Of a DNA stretch of 64,000 bases, positions 9,627 to 20,478 are shown one piece after another (the first letter of the stretch is position 1; every line of letters begins with the position of its first letter). The position numbers and the translations under genes were made by a program. The notes beneath the pieces were generated by a model. It was not told where the DNA came from and searched no databases. It saw nothing but the letters and a program-made list of their open reading frames with translations. Source of the DNA: a virus (Duplodnaviria; Heunggongvirae; Uroviricota; Caudoviricetes); IMG/VR virus record IMGVR_UViG_3300035498_000944. One strand, written 5' to 3'.

Positions 9627-11189
9627 TTAGCGTCCGAACATCTTGTTGTTTTTCCAATCAGCACCTTTTAATTTTGCTGGACAACGTAAAAACATATTCT
9701 CACAATTAAATGGATTAGACAATACTTTTTCCATGTTAAAATTACTTAAGTCTAAATTGGACAAACTGCTACAATCTTGGAACATACCAGCGAAGTTTTC
9801 AACATTCTTTGTGTCAAATCTACTCAAATCAAGTTCTTTCAAATTGTAGCAATGAGCGAACATCCAATGCATATCTTTAACGTTTGTAGTGTAAAAACTA
9901 GATACATTTACACTCTCCAGATTTTCACAAGAGCAGAACATATAGTCCATATGTGTTACATATCCAGTATTGAAATTACTCAAGTCTAATGTTGTTAGAG
10001 ATTCACAGTTTGAAAACATGCCAGACATATTTCTAACCTCAGATGTATTAAACTTCTTAGTATCTATATGGGTTAACTTTTTGCAATCAGAAAACATATT
10101 ACCCATATCACATACTTTAGATGTTCTGAAACTACTTATATCTAATTCAACAAGATTCTTGCAGTTATAGAACATGTCATTCATAAAGTGTACATTTGAT
10201 GTATTAAAGTTAGATAAATCTAACTTGTTCAGTTTTTCGCATCCATGGAACATGCTGTTCATTTCTTCAACGCTTGATGTATCGAAAGAACTTATATTTA
10301 AGTCAGTTAAACTAGAACAATACATAAACATATTATACATAGTCTTTACATGCTGAGTATTGAAACTAGATAAATCCAATGCAGTTAAGTTCTCACATTT
10401 ATAGAACATATTAAACATGTGCTCAACACTTGATGTATTGAAATTAGCTAAATTTATATTAACTAATTTACTACAACCCTCAAACATAGATATCATAGTA
10501 GTTACCTTTGCTGAGTTAAAAGAACTTAAGTCTAAAGATGTCAAATTCTGACAACCGTTAAACATATTACACATATCCTCAACATTAGTAACATCAAAGC
10601 TGCTTAAGTCTATATCAGGTAAACTTTTACATTCTGTAAACATACCTCTCATGTCTGTTACTCTAGAAGTATTAAAACTACTCAAATCTAAAGATTTTAA
10701 ATTCGTGCAATGACTAAACATATATGACATATCTGTTACAGATGATGTATCCATACCTTCCAAGTTTACACTCTCTAAACTATTACAATCAAAGAACATT
10801 CCTGACATGTCTTTAACACTGTCTGTACGCAACTTATGTATATTCAAGTTACATAAACTAGAGCATTTACTAAACATCTTAGACATATCTGTGACATTAA
10901 TAGTTAATTTCATACCTATAGAAACATCTACTAATGAAGTACATCCCTCAAACATACTAGACATATTGGTTATGTTTTTCCAATCCAATACACCTCTAAG
11001 ATTTACAGATTTCAAATTCTTACATCCTGAGAAAAGATAAGAGCAATCATTAGGTAAAAATACTTGAAGGCCATCCATAAATATAGGCATAACTAATTCT
11101 TCAATGGATTTGTCTTTCACCTTAGTTACCTTGACCCAGTCATCACCACATTCGTATTCGAATAAGTCCATAAATTCCTGTACTTCCAA
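9627..11189 (-). CDS. BspA/DUF285-like LRR repeat protein, paralog 2 (520 aa)
   Basis: Same N-terminal module (YECGDDWVKVTKVKDK...LPNDCSYLF) plus about 17 repeats. Confidence 0.75.
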   Translation of the reverse strand: MEVQEFMDLFEYECGDDWVKVTKVKDKSIEELVMPIFMDGLQVFLPNDCSYLFSGCKNLKSVNLRGVLDWKNITNMSSMFEGCTSLVDVSIGMKLTINVTDMSKMFSKCSSLCNLNIHKLRTDSVKDMSGMFFDCNSLESVNLEGMDTSSVTDMSYMFSHCTNLKSLDLSSFNTSRVTDMRGMFTECKSLPDIDLSSFDVTNVEDMCNMFNGCQNLTSLDLSSFNSAKVTTMISMFEGCSKLVNINLANFNTSSVEHMFNMFYKCENLTALDLSSFNTQHVKTMYNMFMYCSSLTDLNISSFDTSSVEEMNSMFHGCEKLNKLDLSNFNTSNVHFMNDMFYNCKNLVELDISSFRTSKVCDMGNMFSDCKKLTHIDTKKFNTSEVRNMSGMFSNCESLTTLDLSNFNTGYVTHMDYMFCSCENLESVNVSSFYTTNVKDMHWMFAHCYNLKELDLSRFDTKNVENFAGMFQDCSSLSNLDLSNFNMEKVLSNPFNCENMFLRCPAKLKGADWKNNKMFGR

Positions 11190-11210
11190 TTTTATACCAA
11201 CACCTTTCTT

Positions 11211-11750
11211 TTACAGTCCATAACCAGAACAAACATTTATATTTACCAAACTATCACATCCATTAAACAGCCTAGAGAAATGTGTACAGATATTCTGTAG
11301 AAAACTTTCATCTATGACTATAGTGGTTAAATTACAATCTCCGCTGAATATTTCATTTCCGTTAAATTTGTTTAGGAATTCGAAATTACTCAAATCTATT
11401 GACATTAGATTTTCACAATCCATGAACATTCCAGATATATCTATGATGTTGGATGCATCAAAATAGCCAAAGTCCACACTTTCTAAATGTATACAAGAGG
11501 CAAACATAAATGACATGTTTGTGACATTTGAGGTATCAATTAAATCACTTAAGTCAAGATTTACTAATCTACGACATCCTGAAAATAAAGAACTACAGTT
11601 ATCAGGTAAGCACACTTGATAACCTTCTATATAGGATGGTATAACTATATCAGTAGCATATCTATCTTTGACTCTTGTTATCTGAACATAATCCTCACTG
11701 TAAGTACATTCGAATAAACTTTCAAATTCCTCATAGGGCATATCGTACAT
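11211..11750 (-). CDS. BspA/DUF285-like LRR repeat protein, paralog 3 (short, 179 aa)
   Basis: N-terminal module plus about 4 repeats. Confidence 0.7.
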   Translation of the reverse strand: MYDMPYEEFESLFECTYSEDYVQITRVKDRYATDIVIPSYIEGYQVCLPDNCSSLFSGCRRLVNLDLSDLIDTSNVTNMSFMFASCIHLESVDFGYFDASNIIDISGMFMDCENLMSIDLSNFEFLNKFNGNEIFSGDCNLTTIVIDESFLQNICTHFSRLFNGCDSLVNINVCSGYGL

Positions 11751-11766
11751 TCATAACAAATCCTTT

Positions 11767-12825
11767 CTAACATAGATGACTTATCATATTTCTGATAGCT
11801 TTAAATTCATATCCACTATCATAATTAGATATAATATCTGTTAAACTTGTACACCCATCAAATAAGCCATCTGAATGTGCTTTACTAGGTATTATAAAAT
11901 TCTTGCCTAAAGTCAGCTTTGATAGACTATAGCAATCCTCAAACATCTCACACATATCTGTAATATTAAGAGTGTTAAAGCTACTAAGGTCTAACTCTGT
12001 TAGACTCTGACACTCTGCAAACATTTCATACATGTATATGACTCTAGATGTGTTAAACTTGTTAACATCAAGTGATGTTAGGTTAGTACAATCTCTGAAC
12101 ATATAAGCCATATCTCCAACCATAGAAGTATCAAAATTTCTTATATCTAGAGAGTTTAGACTACTGCATCCGTAAAACATAGAGAACATATCTACAACTT
12201 TGGATGTATCAAAACTACTTATGTTTAAATCTGTCAGACTAACGCATCTAGCAAACATGGCAACTGCATATACTAAATTAGATGTATTAAAGTTACTTAA
12301 ATCTAGGCTTTGCAAATTACTGCAATCCTTAAACATTCTAGACATACCTGCAACGTTAGTAGTATTAAAGTTGCTTAAGTCAAGTTCTTTAAGACTTTTA
12401 CACTTACAGAACATATCAGACATATCAGTTACCTTAGAGGTGTCAAAGTTGCTAAGATCTAGCTCTTGCAGAAGATAGCAAGAACTAAACATTGATCGCA
12501 TATCTGTAACATTTGATGTATTAATATTACATAATTTTACAACCTCCAGCAACTTACAAGATGAAAACATGTAAGCCATATCTACAACATTGGATGTATC
12601 AACTATATAATTAAAATCAATATAACGTAGGTTATGACAAACCTGTAGCAGATTTGTACAGGCGTTAGGTAGAAATACTTGCAGACCCTCTACATGTGAT
12701 GGAATTGTTAATCCCTGTATTGGAATATCCTTCACTTTAACTATTTGTACACGATCTTTACTACTTTCATACTCAAATAGTCTATCAAACTCTTCAAAAG
12801 ATATTTCTAACATTTTAGACATCAC
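11767..12825 (-). CDS. BspA/DUF285-like LRR repeat protein, paralog 4 (352 aa)
   Basis: N-terminal module plus repeats. Confidence 0.75.
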   Translation of the reverse strand: MMSKMLEISFEEFDRLFEYESSKDRVQIVKVKDIPIQGLTIPSHVEGLQVFLPNACTNLLQVCHNLRYIDFNYIVDTSNVVDMAYMFSSCKLLEVVKLCNINTSNVTDMRSMFSSCYLLQELDLSNFDTSKVTDMSDMFCKCKSLKELDLSNFNTTNVAGMSRMFKDCSNLQSLDLSNFNTSNLVYAVAMFARCVSLTDLNISSFDTSKVVDMFSMFYGCSSLNSLDIRNFDTSMVGDMAYMFRDCTNLTSLDVNKFNTSRVIYMYEMFAECQSLTELDLSSFNTLNITDMCEMFEDCYSLSKLTLGKNFIIPSKAHSDGLFDGCTSLTDIISNYDSGYEFKAIRNMISHLC

Positions 12826-12843
12826 CTTTCTTGTTGATATACT

Positions 12844-13995
12844 TTATTTGCAGGTAATAGTAGCGTTGCATCCTTCAAGTAACTCTGGTATATAAAATTC
12901 TATATTAGACATTGTGGATTTATTTAAACCTAAGTCCGTTAAGCTTACACAAAATTCAAACATGGAATTCATATTTCTTACATTAGAGGTATCAAAGTTA
13001 CTTAAGTCTAAACATGATAAACTCTCACATTCATAAAACATATTTGACATAGTTTCAACATTAGGAGTATTAAAACTACTTATATCTAAATCTGTTAAAT
13101 TTGTACAACCAGCAAACATCTCTGACATATAAATAACATTAGAGGTATCAAAGTTACTTAAATCTAAACATGATAAACTTCTGCAACTATGAAACATATT
13201 AGACATGTCAATAACACTAGAAGTATCAAGGTTCTTAATATTTAAATCGCATAAGCTTGTGCAACCTCCGAAAATGTAATTCATGTCTATAACATTTGAT
13301 GTGTTTAGATTACTTAAGTCCAAATATGTTAAACTACTACAACCTTCAAACATTTGTGCCATATTTGTGACATTAGTAGTATTAAGGCTACTAATGTCTA
13401 TAGCTGTTAATTTAGGACAGCTGAAAAACATACCAGACATATCTGAGGCATTTGATGTGTTAAAATCATTTAAGTTCACAGATTCTAAATTATAACAACA
13501 ACCAAACATATGCCTCAGACTCTTGATATTAGAAGCATTCAACTTACTCAAATCAATAGCCTTTAAACTATGACACCAAAAGAACATATTAGACATGTCA
13601 GTAACATTAGCAGTATTGAAATTGCTTATATCAACTTCTGCTAGATTCATACAGCTTTCAAACAAACTATGCATGTTAATTACGTTAAATGTGTTAAAGC
13701 TGCCAAAGTTTATCCTTGACAACTTATCACATTCACTAAACATTGCATACATGTTCTTCACGTTTGAAGTATCTATAACGTTACTCAAATCTATATGTTC
13801 TAACTCACGGCATCTAGAGAACAGATAGGAGCAGTCATCTGGTAAATACACTTGCAAACCATCTACATAGGAAGGAACTGTCATCTCCTCAATCTCAGAA
13901 TCCTTTAGTTTGATTATTTGCATCCTGTCTTCCAAATAGGCATACTCGAACAAATTCTCAAAATCATGTAATAACATTTTAATCATTTTAATCAA
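12844..13995 (-). CDS. BspA/DUF285-like LRR repeat protein, paralog 5 (383 aa)
   Basis: N-terminal module plus repeats. Confidence 0.75.
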   Translation of the reverse strand: MIKMIKMLLHDFENLFEYAYLEDRMQIIKLKDSEIEEMTVPSYVDGLQVYLPDDCSYLFSRCRELEHIDLSNVIDTSNVKNMYAMFSECDKLSRINFGSFNTFNVINMHSLFESCMNLAEVDISNFNTANVTDMSNMFFWCHSLKAIDLSKLNASNIKSLRHMFGCCYNLESVNLNDFNTSNASDMSGMFFSCPKLTAIDISSLNTTNVTNMAQMFEGCSSLTYLDLSNLNTSNVIDMNYIFGGCTSLCDLNIKNLDTSSVIDMSNMFHSCRSLSCLDLSNFDTSNVIYMSEMFAGCTNLTDLDISSFNTPNVETMSNMFYECESLSCLDLSNFDTSNVRNMNSMFEFCVSLTDLGLNKSTMSNIEFYIPELLEGCNATITCK

Positions 13996-14034
13996 TCACC
14001 TTTCATCAAATAAAAAATTTTCTTGCGTATTTCT

Positions 14035-15477
14035 TTATCCCCAATAAACTCTAGTAGGACAATCCCTAAACATGTTATCAGAGTTCCTCACATTAGAGGT
14101 ATTAAAATTAATCAAATCCAGATATGTTAAACTCTTACAATTTTCAAACATGGATTGTATGTATCTGACATTTGATGTATCAAAGTTCTTTATATTTAAG
14201 TCAGTTAAGCTTCTACATTCAAGAAACATACAACACATATTTATGACTTTAGAAGTATCAAAACTTCCTACATCTAAATCAGCTAGGTTGTAACATTCTG
14301 CAAACATAAAAGACATATCCTCAACATTAGAGGTGTCAAAGTTAGAGAGATCAAGACTCTTTATACTTTTACAAGCAGAAAACATTCCTGCCATGTCTGT
14401 AACATTTTCTGTGTTGAAATTGCTTATATTTAATTTAACTAACTCTGAACAGTTTGCAAACATAACTTTCATGTTCATAACATTGCTTGTATTGAAATTG
14501 CTCAAATCCAAATTCATTATATCACTACAATTATAAAACATACAGGACATATCTCTAACAGCAGAAGTATCAAAACTAGATAAATTTAAATTAGTTAAGC
14601 TAACACATTCCTCAAACATACATTCCATATCTATCACATTAGATGTATTAAAATTACTTAGGTACAGATTATATAAATCTGTACAGTAGTAAAACATATG
14701 AGACATACTTATTACATTAGAGGTATCAAAGTTGCTTATATCTAGAGACTCCAACCTTCTGCAGGTAGAGAACATTGATATCATATTTGTTACATTTGAA
14801 GTATCAAAGTTACTCAAATTTAAAGTTTCTATGGAACTATTCTGAAACATGCTTGACATATCTGTGACACTTGAAGTATCAAAACTACTGAGGTCCAGTT
14901 CTGACTGCCCATAATTGGCAAACATAGAAGTCATATCTCGAACATTTGAAGTATTGAAATTACTCAAATCCAAATGTGTTAAATCTTGACAACCACAGAA
15001 CATACAGTTCATATCTTTGACATTCGAAGTGTCGAAACTGCTTAAGTTTATAGAAGTTAAACTATTACATCCTGCAAACATGCAAGCCATGGTCTCAACT
15101 TTAGATGTGTTAAAACTACTCAAGTTTAATTTTATTAAACTGCTACAGCTTCTGAATACTCCAAACATATTTGTGACGTTCTCTGTATTAAAGTTGCTCA
15201 AATCTATTGTTTGGGCATTGGTACACCCTGAAAACATAGCTGTCATCTTGGTAACATTTGAAGTATCGATAATATGACTTAAATCTATGTCTTGAGCATA
15301 ACGACAGTTTTTAAACAATCGTGTACAATTTTTAGGCAGATATACCTGATGACCTTCAACATACGAAGGTATAACAACACTGCCATACAATTGCTGTATG
15401 GCAGTTATTTTTACCCAGTCATCACCTAAAGTATATCTGAACATTTTGTCAAATTCTTTAAATGACATTTCAAACAT
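14035..15477 (-). CDS. BspA/DUF285-like LRR repeat protein, paralog 6 (480 aa)
   Basis: N-terminal module plus about 16 repeats. Confidence 0.75.
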   Translation of the reverse strand: MFEMSFKEFDKMFRYTLGDDWVKITAIQQLYGSVVIPSYVEGHQVYLPKNCTRLFKNCRYAQDIDLSHIIDTSNVTKMTAMFSGCTNAQTIDLSNFNTENVTNMFGVFRSCSSLIKLNLSSFNTSKVETMACMFAGCNSLTSINLSSFDTSNVKDMNCMFCGCQDLTHLDLSNFNTSNVRDMTSMFANYGQSELDLSSFDTSSVTDMSSMFQNSSIETLNLSNFDTSNVTNMISMFSTCRRLESLDISNFDTSNVISMSHMFYYCTDLYNLYLSNFNTSNVIDMECMFEECVSLTNLNLSSFDTSAVRDMSCMFYNCSDIMNLDLSNFNTSNVMNMKVMFANCSELVKLNISNFNTENVTDMAGMFSACKSIKSLDLSNFDTSNVEDMSFMFAECYNLADLDVGSFDTSKVINMCCMFLECRSLTDLNIKNFDTSNVRYIQSMFENCKSLTYLDLINFNTSNVRNSDNMFRDCPTRVYWG

Positions 15478-15501
15478 TTTGCGTTTTAACCCTTTCGTAA
15501 T

Positions 15502-17130
15502 TTAATCTGAAGTTTCCCAATTAAAGTAATCTATAGCTGGATAGCTTCGAACAAGTTCTCCATCATCATATACATGTATAGTTAAATTCTGGAAATTATC
15601 TATAATCCTCATGTCGGAATGTGATGTCACACGTAATTTTTTATCATATTTTATCATATCTTCAAGTGCCTTATTTATACATAAATCATTTAATGTACTA
15701 CAGCCACTCAGTAGATTATACGCATAAGTAATATTAAGATTGGAAAGATCTAGATATACTAGACTCTCACATCCACTAAACATAGCATCCATACACATGG
15801 TATTAGAAGTATTAAAGCTACTAACATCTAGAGACTTCAGTTCTTTGCAACAAGCAAACATACCAGACATGTCTACTACACGTGAAGTATCAAAGCTACT
15901 AATATCCAAATTTACCATATTATCACACCATGAAAACATAGACCACATAATTGTAACATTACTTGTATTAAAATTACTAAGATCCAAATATGTTAAACTA
16001 CTACAACCTTCAAACATCTCTGCCATAGCTGTAACATTTGATGTATCAAAACTACTAAGATCCAAAGATGTTAAACTACTACAACCTGAGAACATCCCAC
16101 CCATCTCTACAACCCTAGAAGTATCGAAATTGGAAAGGTCTAGATATGTTAAACTCGCACAGTCAAACATAGCACCCATATCTGTAACATTTGATGTGTC
16201 GAAATTACTAACATCCAAAGATGTTAAACTACTACAACCTGAGAACATACAACGCATATTAGTAATATTAGAAGTATCAAAACTACTTAAGTCTAAACAT
16301 GATAAACTCTTACAACCATAAAACATATTAGACATGTTAGTAACATTAGACGTGTTAAAGTTACTAATGTTTAAGTCTGTTAAGCTTTCACAACTACAGA
16401 AAATGTGATTCATATCAGTAACATTAGAAGTATTAAATTTACTAAGATCTAGATATGTTAAGCTTCTACATTCATAAAACATATTTGACATACTTGTAAC
16501 ATTGGTAGTATCAAAATTACTAATGTCTAAATTACATAAGCTCTCACAGTTATAAAACATATAAGACATATCTTCAACCCTAGATGTATCAAAATTGGAA
16601 AGATCTAGACTAGATAATAGTTCACATACTGAAAACATACCTGACATGTCTGTAACACCTGCTGTATTGAAATTTCTGAGATTTAATGATTCTAGACAAG
16701 GACACATACTGAACATATACGACATATCAGTTACATTAGTAGTATTAAAGTTACCAAATTTTATAGATTTCAAAAATATGCATGCATCAAACATAGCTGA
16801 CATGTTAGTAACATTAGATGTATCTATAACATTACTTAAATCAATATATTCATATTTTAAATTATGAAACAGGCCCTCGCAATTATCAGGAAGATATACC
16901 TGATAACCCTCTACATAAGATGGTATAATAAATGAACCACACGCTATTTCTTGACAACGTATGGCCTTCTCTATCCAATCATCATCATATAAACGCCTAA
17001 GTATACTACTAGAAGTATCCTTATCCTTTAATCTAGTTATCTGAACCCAATCATCACCATATGTGTATTCAAATATCTCATTAAAGGTTTCAAAAGACAT
17101 CTCACTCATTTTAAAACAACTCCTTTTCAA
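15502..17130 (-). CDS. BspA/DUF285-like LRR repeat protein, paralog 7 (542 aa) with conserved C-terminal cassette
   Basis: N-terminal module with an insertion, repeats, then the C-terminal module ...KLRVTSHSDMRIIDNFQNLTIHVYDDGELVRSYPAIDYFNWETSD shared with paralogs 8 and 11. Confidence 0.75.
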   Translation of the reverse strand: MKRSCFKMSEMSFETFNEIFEYTYGDDWVQITRLKDKDTSSSILRRLYDDDWIEKAIRCQEIACGSFIIPSYVEGYQVYLPDNCEGLFHNLKYEYIDLSNVIDTSNVTNMSAMFDACIFLKSIKFGNFNTTNVTDMSYMFSMCPCLESLNLRNFNTAGVTDMSGMFSVCELLSSLDLSNFDTSRVEDMSYMFYNCESLCNLDISNFDTTNVTSMSNMFYECRSLTYLDLSKFNTSNVTDMNHIFCSCESLTDLNISNFNTSNVTNMSNMFYGCKSLSCLDLSSFDTSNITNMRCMFSGCSSLTSLDVSNFDTSNVTDMGAMFDCASLTYLDLSNFDTSRVVEMGGMFSGCSSLTSLDLSSFDTSNVTAMAEMFEGCSSLTYLDLSNFNTSNVTIMWSMFSWCDNMVNLDISSFDTSRVVDMSGMFACCKELKSLDVSSFNTSNTMCMDAMFSGCESLVYLDLSNLNITYAYNLLSGCSTLNDLCINKALEDMIKYDKKLRVTSHSDMRIIDNFQNLTIHVYDDGELVRSYPAIDYFNWETSD

Positions 17131-17157
17131 TCACCAAGTACCTGAGATATAATTTTC

Positions 17158-18456
17158 TCAACTAAGGTACTCTATAGCTGGATAGCTTCGAACAAATTCT
17201 CCGTTACCATATACATGTATATTCAGATGCTGGAAATCAGCTATAATCCTCTGGTCGGAAAATTGTGTCCCACGTAATTTTTGGTCCAATTTTATTCTGT
17301 CTTCAAGTTCCTCATTTATATACAAATCGTTTAATGAATTACAGTTATATAACATATTACACATTAGCTGTACATTTGAAATATCAAAATTGCTTATATC
17401 TAGACTGTCAAGACTCTCACATCTATAGAACATACCACTCAGATCATCAACCTTAGAAGTATCAAAGTTGCTGATATCTAAATAGTTTAGTGACTCACAT
17501 CCAGAAAACATACCACCTATGTGTGTGACATTAGAAGTATCAAAGCTACTAACATCCAAAGATGTTAAACTACTACAACCTGAGAACATATAATCCATAC
17601 ACGTAACATTAGAAGTATTGAAGTTACTAACATCTAAAGATGTTAAACTACTACAATCTGCAAACATACGAATCATATCTGTAACATTAGAAGTATTGAA
17701 GTTACTAAGATCTAGAGATGTTAAACTCTCACAACCATAAAACATATCATACATGTTGTTTACATTTGAAGTATCAAAATTTCTTATGTCTAAATATGTT
17801 AAATTCTCACAATAACTAAACATTCCCTGCATATCAATGACACTGGAAGTATTAAGACTACTAACGTCTAAACATGATAAACTCTCACAATTAGCAAACA
17901 TTTCTGACATAGTTTCGACATTAGATGTATTGAAATTACTAATGTTTAAAGATGTTAAACTACTGCAATTGTCAAACATGTAAGACATAGATGTAACATT
18001 TGAAGTATCAAAATTGGAAAGATCTAAACTATATAACTGTGTACAGTCTAAAAACATACCAGCCATGGCTGTAACGCTCGACGTATCGAAACTGCTAAGA
18101 TCCAGGAACTCTAGACGATAACACCTATTAAACATATATGACATCTCAGTTACGTTAGTAGTATTAAAATTACCAAAATTTATAGATTTCAAAAATCTGC
18201 ATACAGCAAACATACCGTTTGTACGTATTACATTAGATGTGTCTATAATATTACTTAAATCAATAGAATTGAAAGATGTTTCACTAAACAATGCTAGGCA
18301 ATCATCAGGAAGATAAACCTGGTATCCCTCTACATAAGATGGTATAACTAACACTCCACCTGTATTCTTATACTTTAATTTAGTTATCTGTATCCAATCA
18401 TCACCACATGTATATTCAAATATTCTACCAAATTTATCAAAAGACATTTCACTCAT
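17158..18456 (-). CDS. BspA/DUF285-like LRR repeat protein, paralog 8 (432 aa) with C-terminal cassette
   Basis: N-terminal module MSEMSFDKFGRIFEYTCGDDWIQITKLK..., repeats, and the shared C-terminal module. Confidence 0.75.
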   Translation of the reverse strand: MSEMSFDKFGRIFEYTCGDDWIQITKLKYKNTGGVLVIPSYVEGYQVYLPDDCLALFSETSFNSIDLSNIIDTSNVIRTNGMFAVCRFLKSINFGNFNTTNVTEMSYMFNRCYRLEFLDLSSFDTSSVTAMAGMFLDCTQLYSLDLSNFDTSNVTSMSYMFDNCSSLTSLNISNFNTSNVETMSEMFANCESLSCLDVSSLNTSSVIDMQGMFSYCENLTYLDIRNFDTSNVNNMYDMFYGCESLTSLDLSNFNTSNVTDMIRMFADCSSLTSLDVSNFNTSNVTCMDYMFSGCSSLTSLDVSSFDTSNVTHIGGMFSGCESLNYLDISNFDTSKVDDLSGMFYRCESLDSLDISNFDISNVQLMCNMLYNCNSLNDLYINEELEDRIKLDQKLRGTQFSDQRIIADFQHLNIHVYGNGEFVRSYPAIEYLS

Positions 18457-18508
18457 TATAAAACAACACCTTTCTCTGAGTGTTAACTTTTCTCTATAAT
18501 TTATCTTA

Positions 18509-19381
18509 TTAATAAATATCTTTTAAGTAACACTCATGTATAAGATCTCCATTTGAATACTTAGCGATAACCATATGATCATCACAGCCATCCAGGAGAT
18601 AATTTACAGGAGTGTAATCATTAAAGTTGATATCTATATTGAGTCTTTCTAAACATATACAGTTATAAAACATCTGACACATGTTTACTACGTTTAAAGT
18701 TTTAAAATTCTGTATATCTAATGATATTAATTCAGAACAATCAGCAAACATACTAGAAATGTAATTAACACTGCATGTGTTAAAGTTACTCAAATTTAAC
18801 CGAGATAACTTCTTACAATTAGCGAACATAGAAGACATATCTTTTACGTTACTTGTATCAAAATTATGGATATCTATATGTTCTAGACTCTCACAATTCT
18901 CAAACATACTATGCATACCTATCACATTATGAGTTTTAAAATTACTTAGATATAAGGATTTTAAACAATCACAATCAGAAAACATTCTAGACATGTCAGT
19001 CACATTTGAAGTATCAAAACTGCTAAGATTTAGAGAATCAATTGCAGTGTATTGGAACATACTAAACATGTCAGTTACATTTGATGTATTAATATCACTT
19101 AGATTTATGGACTCCAAGGATAGACAATAGTAGAACATCTGGGACATGTTATTAACATTTGATGTATTAATACAACTCAGATCTATTGAAGTTAAGTTTT
19201 CACAACAAGCAAATAATTTAGAACAGTCATCAGGAAGATATACTTGATAACTTCCAATGTATGATGGTATTACAATATCTCCATATACAAATCTATCGTT
19301 TACAGATGTTATTTGTATCCATCTATCTCCATATATGTAATTAAAGATTTTATCAAATTCATCAAAAGTCAGTTTATACAT
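18509..19381 (-). CDS. BspA/DUF285-like LRR repeat protein, paralog 9 (290 aa)
   Basis: N-terminal module plus repeats. Confidence 0.75.
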   Translation of the reverse strand: MYKLTFDEFDKIFNYIYGDRWIQITSVNDRFVYGDIVIPSYIGSYQVYLPDDCSKLFACCENLTSIDLSCINTSNVNNMSQMFYYCLSLESINLSDINTSNVTDMFSMFQYTAIDSLNLSSFDTSNVTDMSRMFSDCDCLKSLYLSNFKTHNVIGMHSMFENCESLEHIDIHNFDTSNVKDMSSMFANCKKLSRLNLSNFNTCSVNYISSMFADCSELISLDIQNFKTLNVVNMCQMFYNCICLERLNIDINFNDYTPVNYLLDGCDDHMVIAKYSNGDLIHECYLKDIY

Positions 19382-19401
19382 CTTCCTAACAACTCCTTCA
19401 T

Positions 19402-19518
19402 TTATTCTTCACAATCCAAGTGAACCATGTATCCCATCTTCGTAAGCCTATATCTATCAGAGTCATATATATGCTGTCCACATATATGACAATAACATAT
19501 AAACTTCTGTTTAGGCAT
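19402..19518 (-). CDS. small zinc-ribbon-like protein of 38 aa (MPKQKFICYCHICGQHIYDSDRYRLTKMGYMVHLDCEE). Not in the supplied ORF track.
   Basis: ORF in the 210-nt gap between LRR paralogs 9 and 10. The C.C..CG...Y...........H..C pattern is paralogous to the ORF at 23437..23574. A weak RBS (AAAGGAG) lies further upstream. Confidence 0.35.
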   Translation of the reverse strand: MPKQKFICYCHICGQHIYDSDRYRLTKMGYMVHLDCEE

Positions 19519-19591
19519 ATAACCATATAGTATCTTCATTTTGTCTCATGTTTTCTCCTTTACTCATTTTAATGACTCTACTAAGCTAATA

Positions 19592-20458
19592 CTATAGCTC
19601 CGCAAACATATACCGCTCTATATAGTGCATAATTGTGTTTGTAAGGTTAAAACAACCAGCAAACATTTTAAACGTATCAGTAATATTGGAAATATCGAAA
19701 TTGCGAGGATCTAAGTATCTAAGATTATGACATCCATAAAACATATATGACATGTCAGTGACTCTGGAAGTGTTGAAATTACTAACACCTAAATATTCTA
19801 TGTTTTCACAACCCGCAAACATGCTGGCCATACACGCAACATTGTGAGTATTGAAATTGCTGAGATCCAAAGATTCTAAACTCTCACAATAGCTAAACAT
19901 GGAAGACATGCTCATAACATTGGAAGTGTCGAAGTTACTAACATCCAAATACCTTAACTTCTTACAATTGTTGAACATAGCACCCATATCTGTAACATTT
20001 GATGTGTCAAAATTGCTAACGTCAATACTTATCAAACTTGAACAGGTATCAAACATTCCTGTCATATCAATGACATTAGAAGTATCGAAACTTCTGATGT
20101 CCAGGGATTCTAAACAAAGACAGCGGCCAAACATATAACGCATATCTGTTACATTTGTAGTATTGAAGTTATTAAGATTCAAGGATTTAAGATTATCACA
20201 TCCATAAAACATATAGAACATGTTAGTAATATTTGATGTGCCTATAACATTACTTAAATCTAGAGATTCCAAGCTTCTACACTCATAGAATAATTTTTCA
20301 CAGTTATCAGGAAGATATACCTGATAACCCTCTACATAAGATGGTACTATCAAACTGCCTGGCATACTCTTATCCTTTAATTCAGTAATTTGTATCCAAT
20401 CATCACCATATGTGTATTCAAATATCTTATTAAATTCATCAAAAGACATTTTAAACAT
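19592..20458 (-). CDS. BspA/DUF285-like LRR repeat protein, paralog 10 (288 aa)
   Basis: N-terminal module plus repeats. Confidence 0.75.
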   Translation of the reverse strand: MFKMSFDEFNKIFEYTYGDDWIQITELKDKSMPGSLIVPSYVEGYQVYLPDNCEKLFYECRSLESLDLSNVIGTSNITNMFYMFYGCDNLKSLNLNNFNTTNVTDMRYMFGRCLCLESLDIRSFDTSNVIDMTGMFDTCSSLISIDVSNFDTSNVTDMGAMFNNCKKLRYLDVSNFDTSNVMSMSSMFSYCESLESLDLSNFNTHNVACMASMFAGCENIEYLGVSNFNTSRVTDMSYMFYGCHNLRYLDPRNFDISNITDTFKMFAGCFNLTNTIMHYIERYMFAEL

Positions 20459-20478
20459 TTAAAACAACTCCTTTTCAA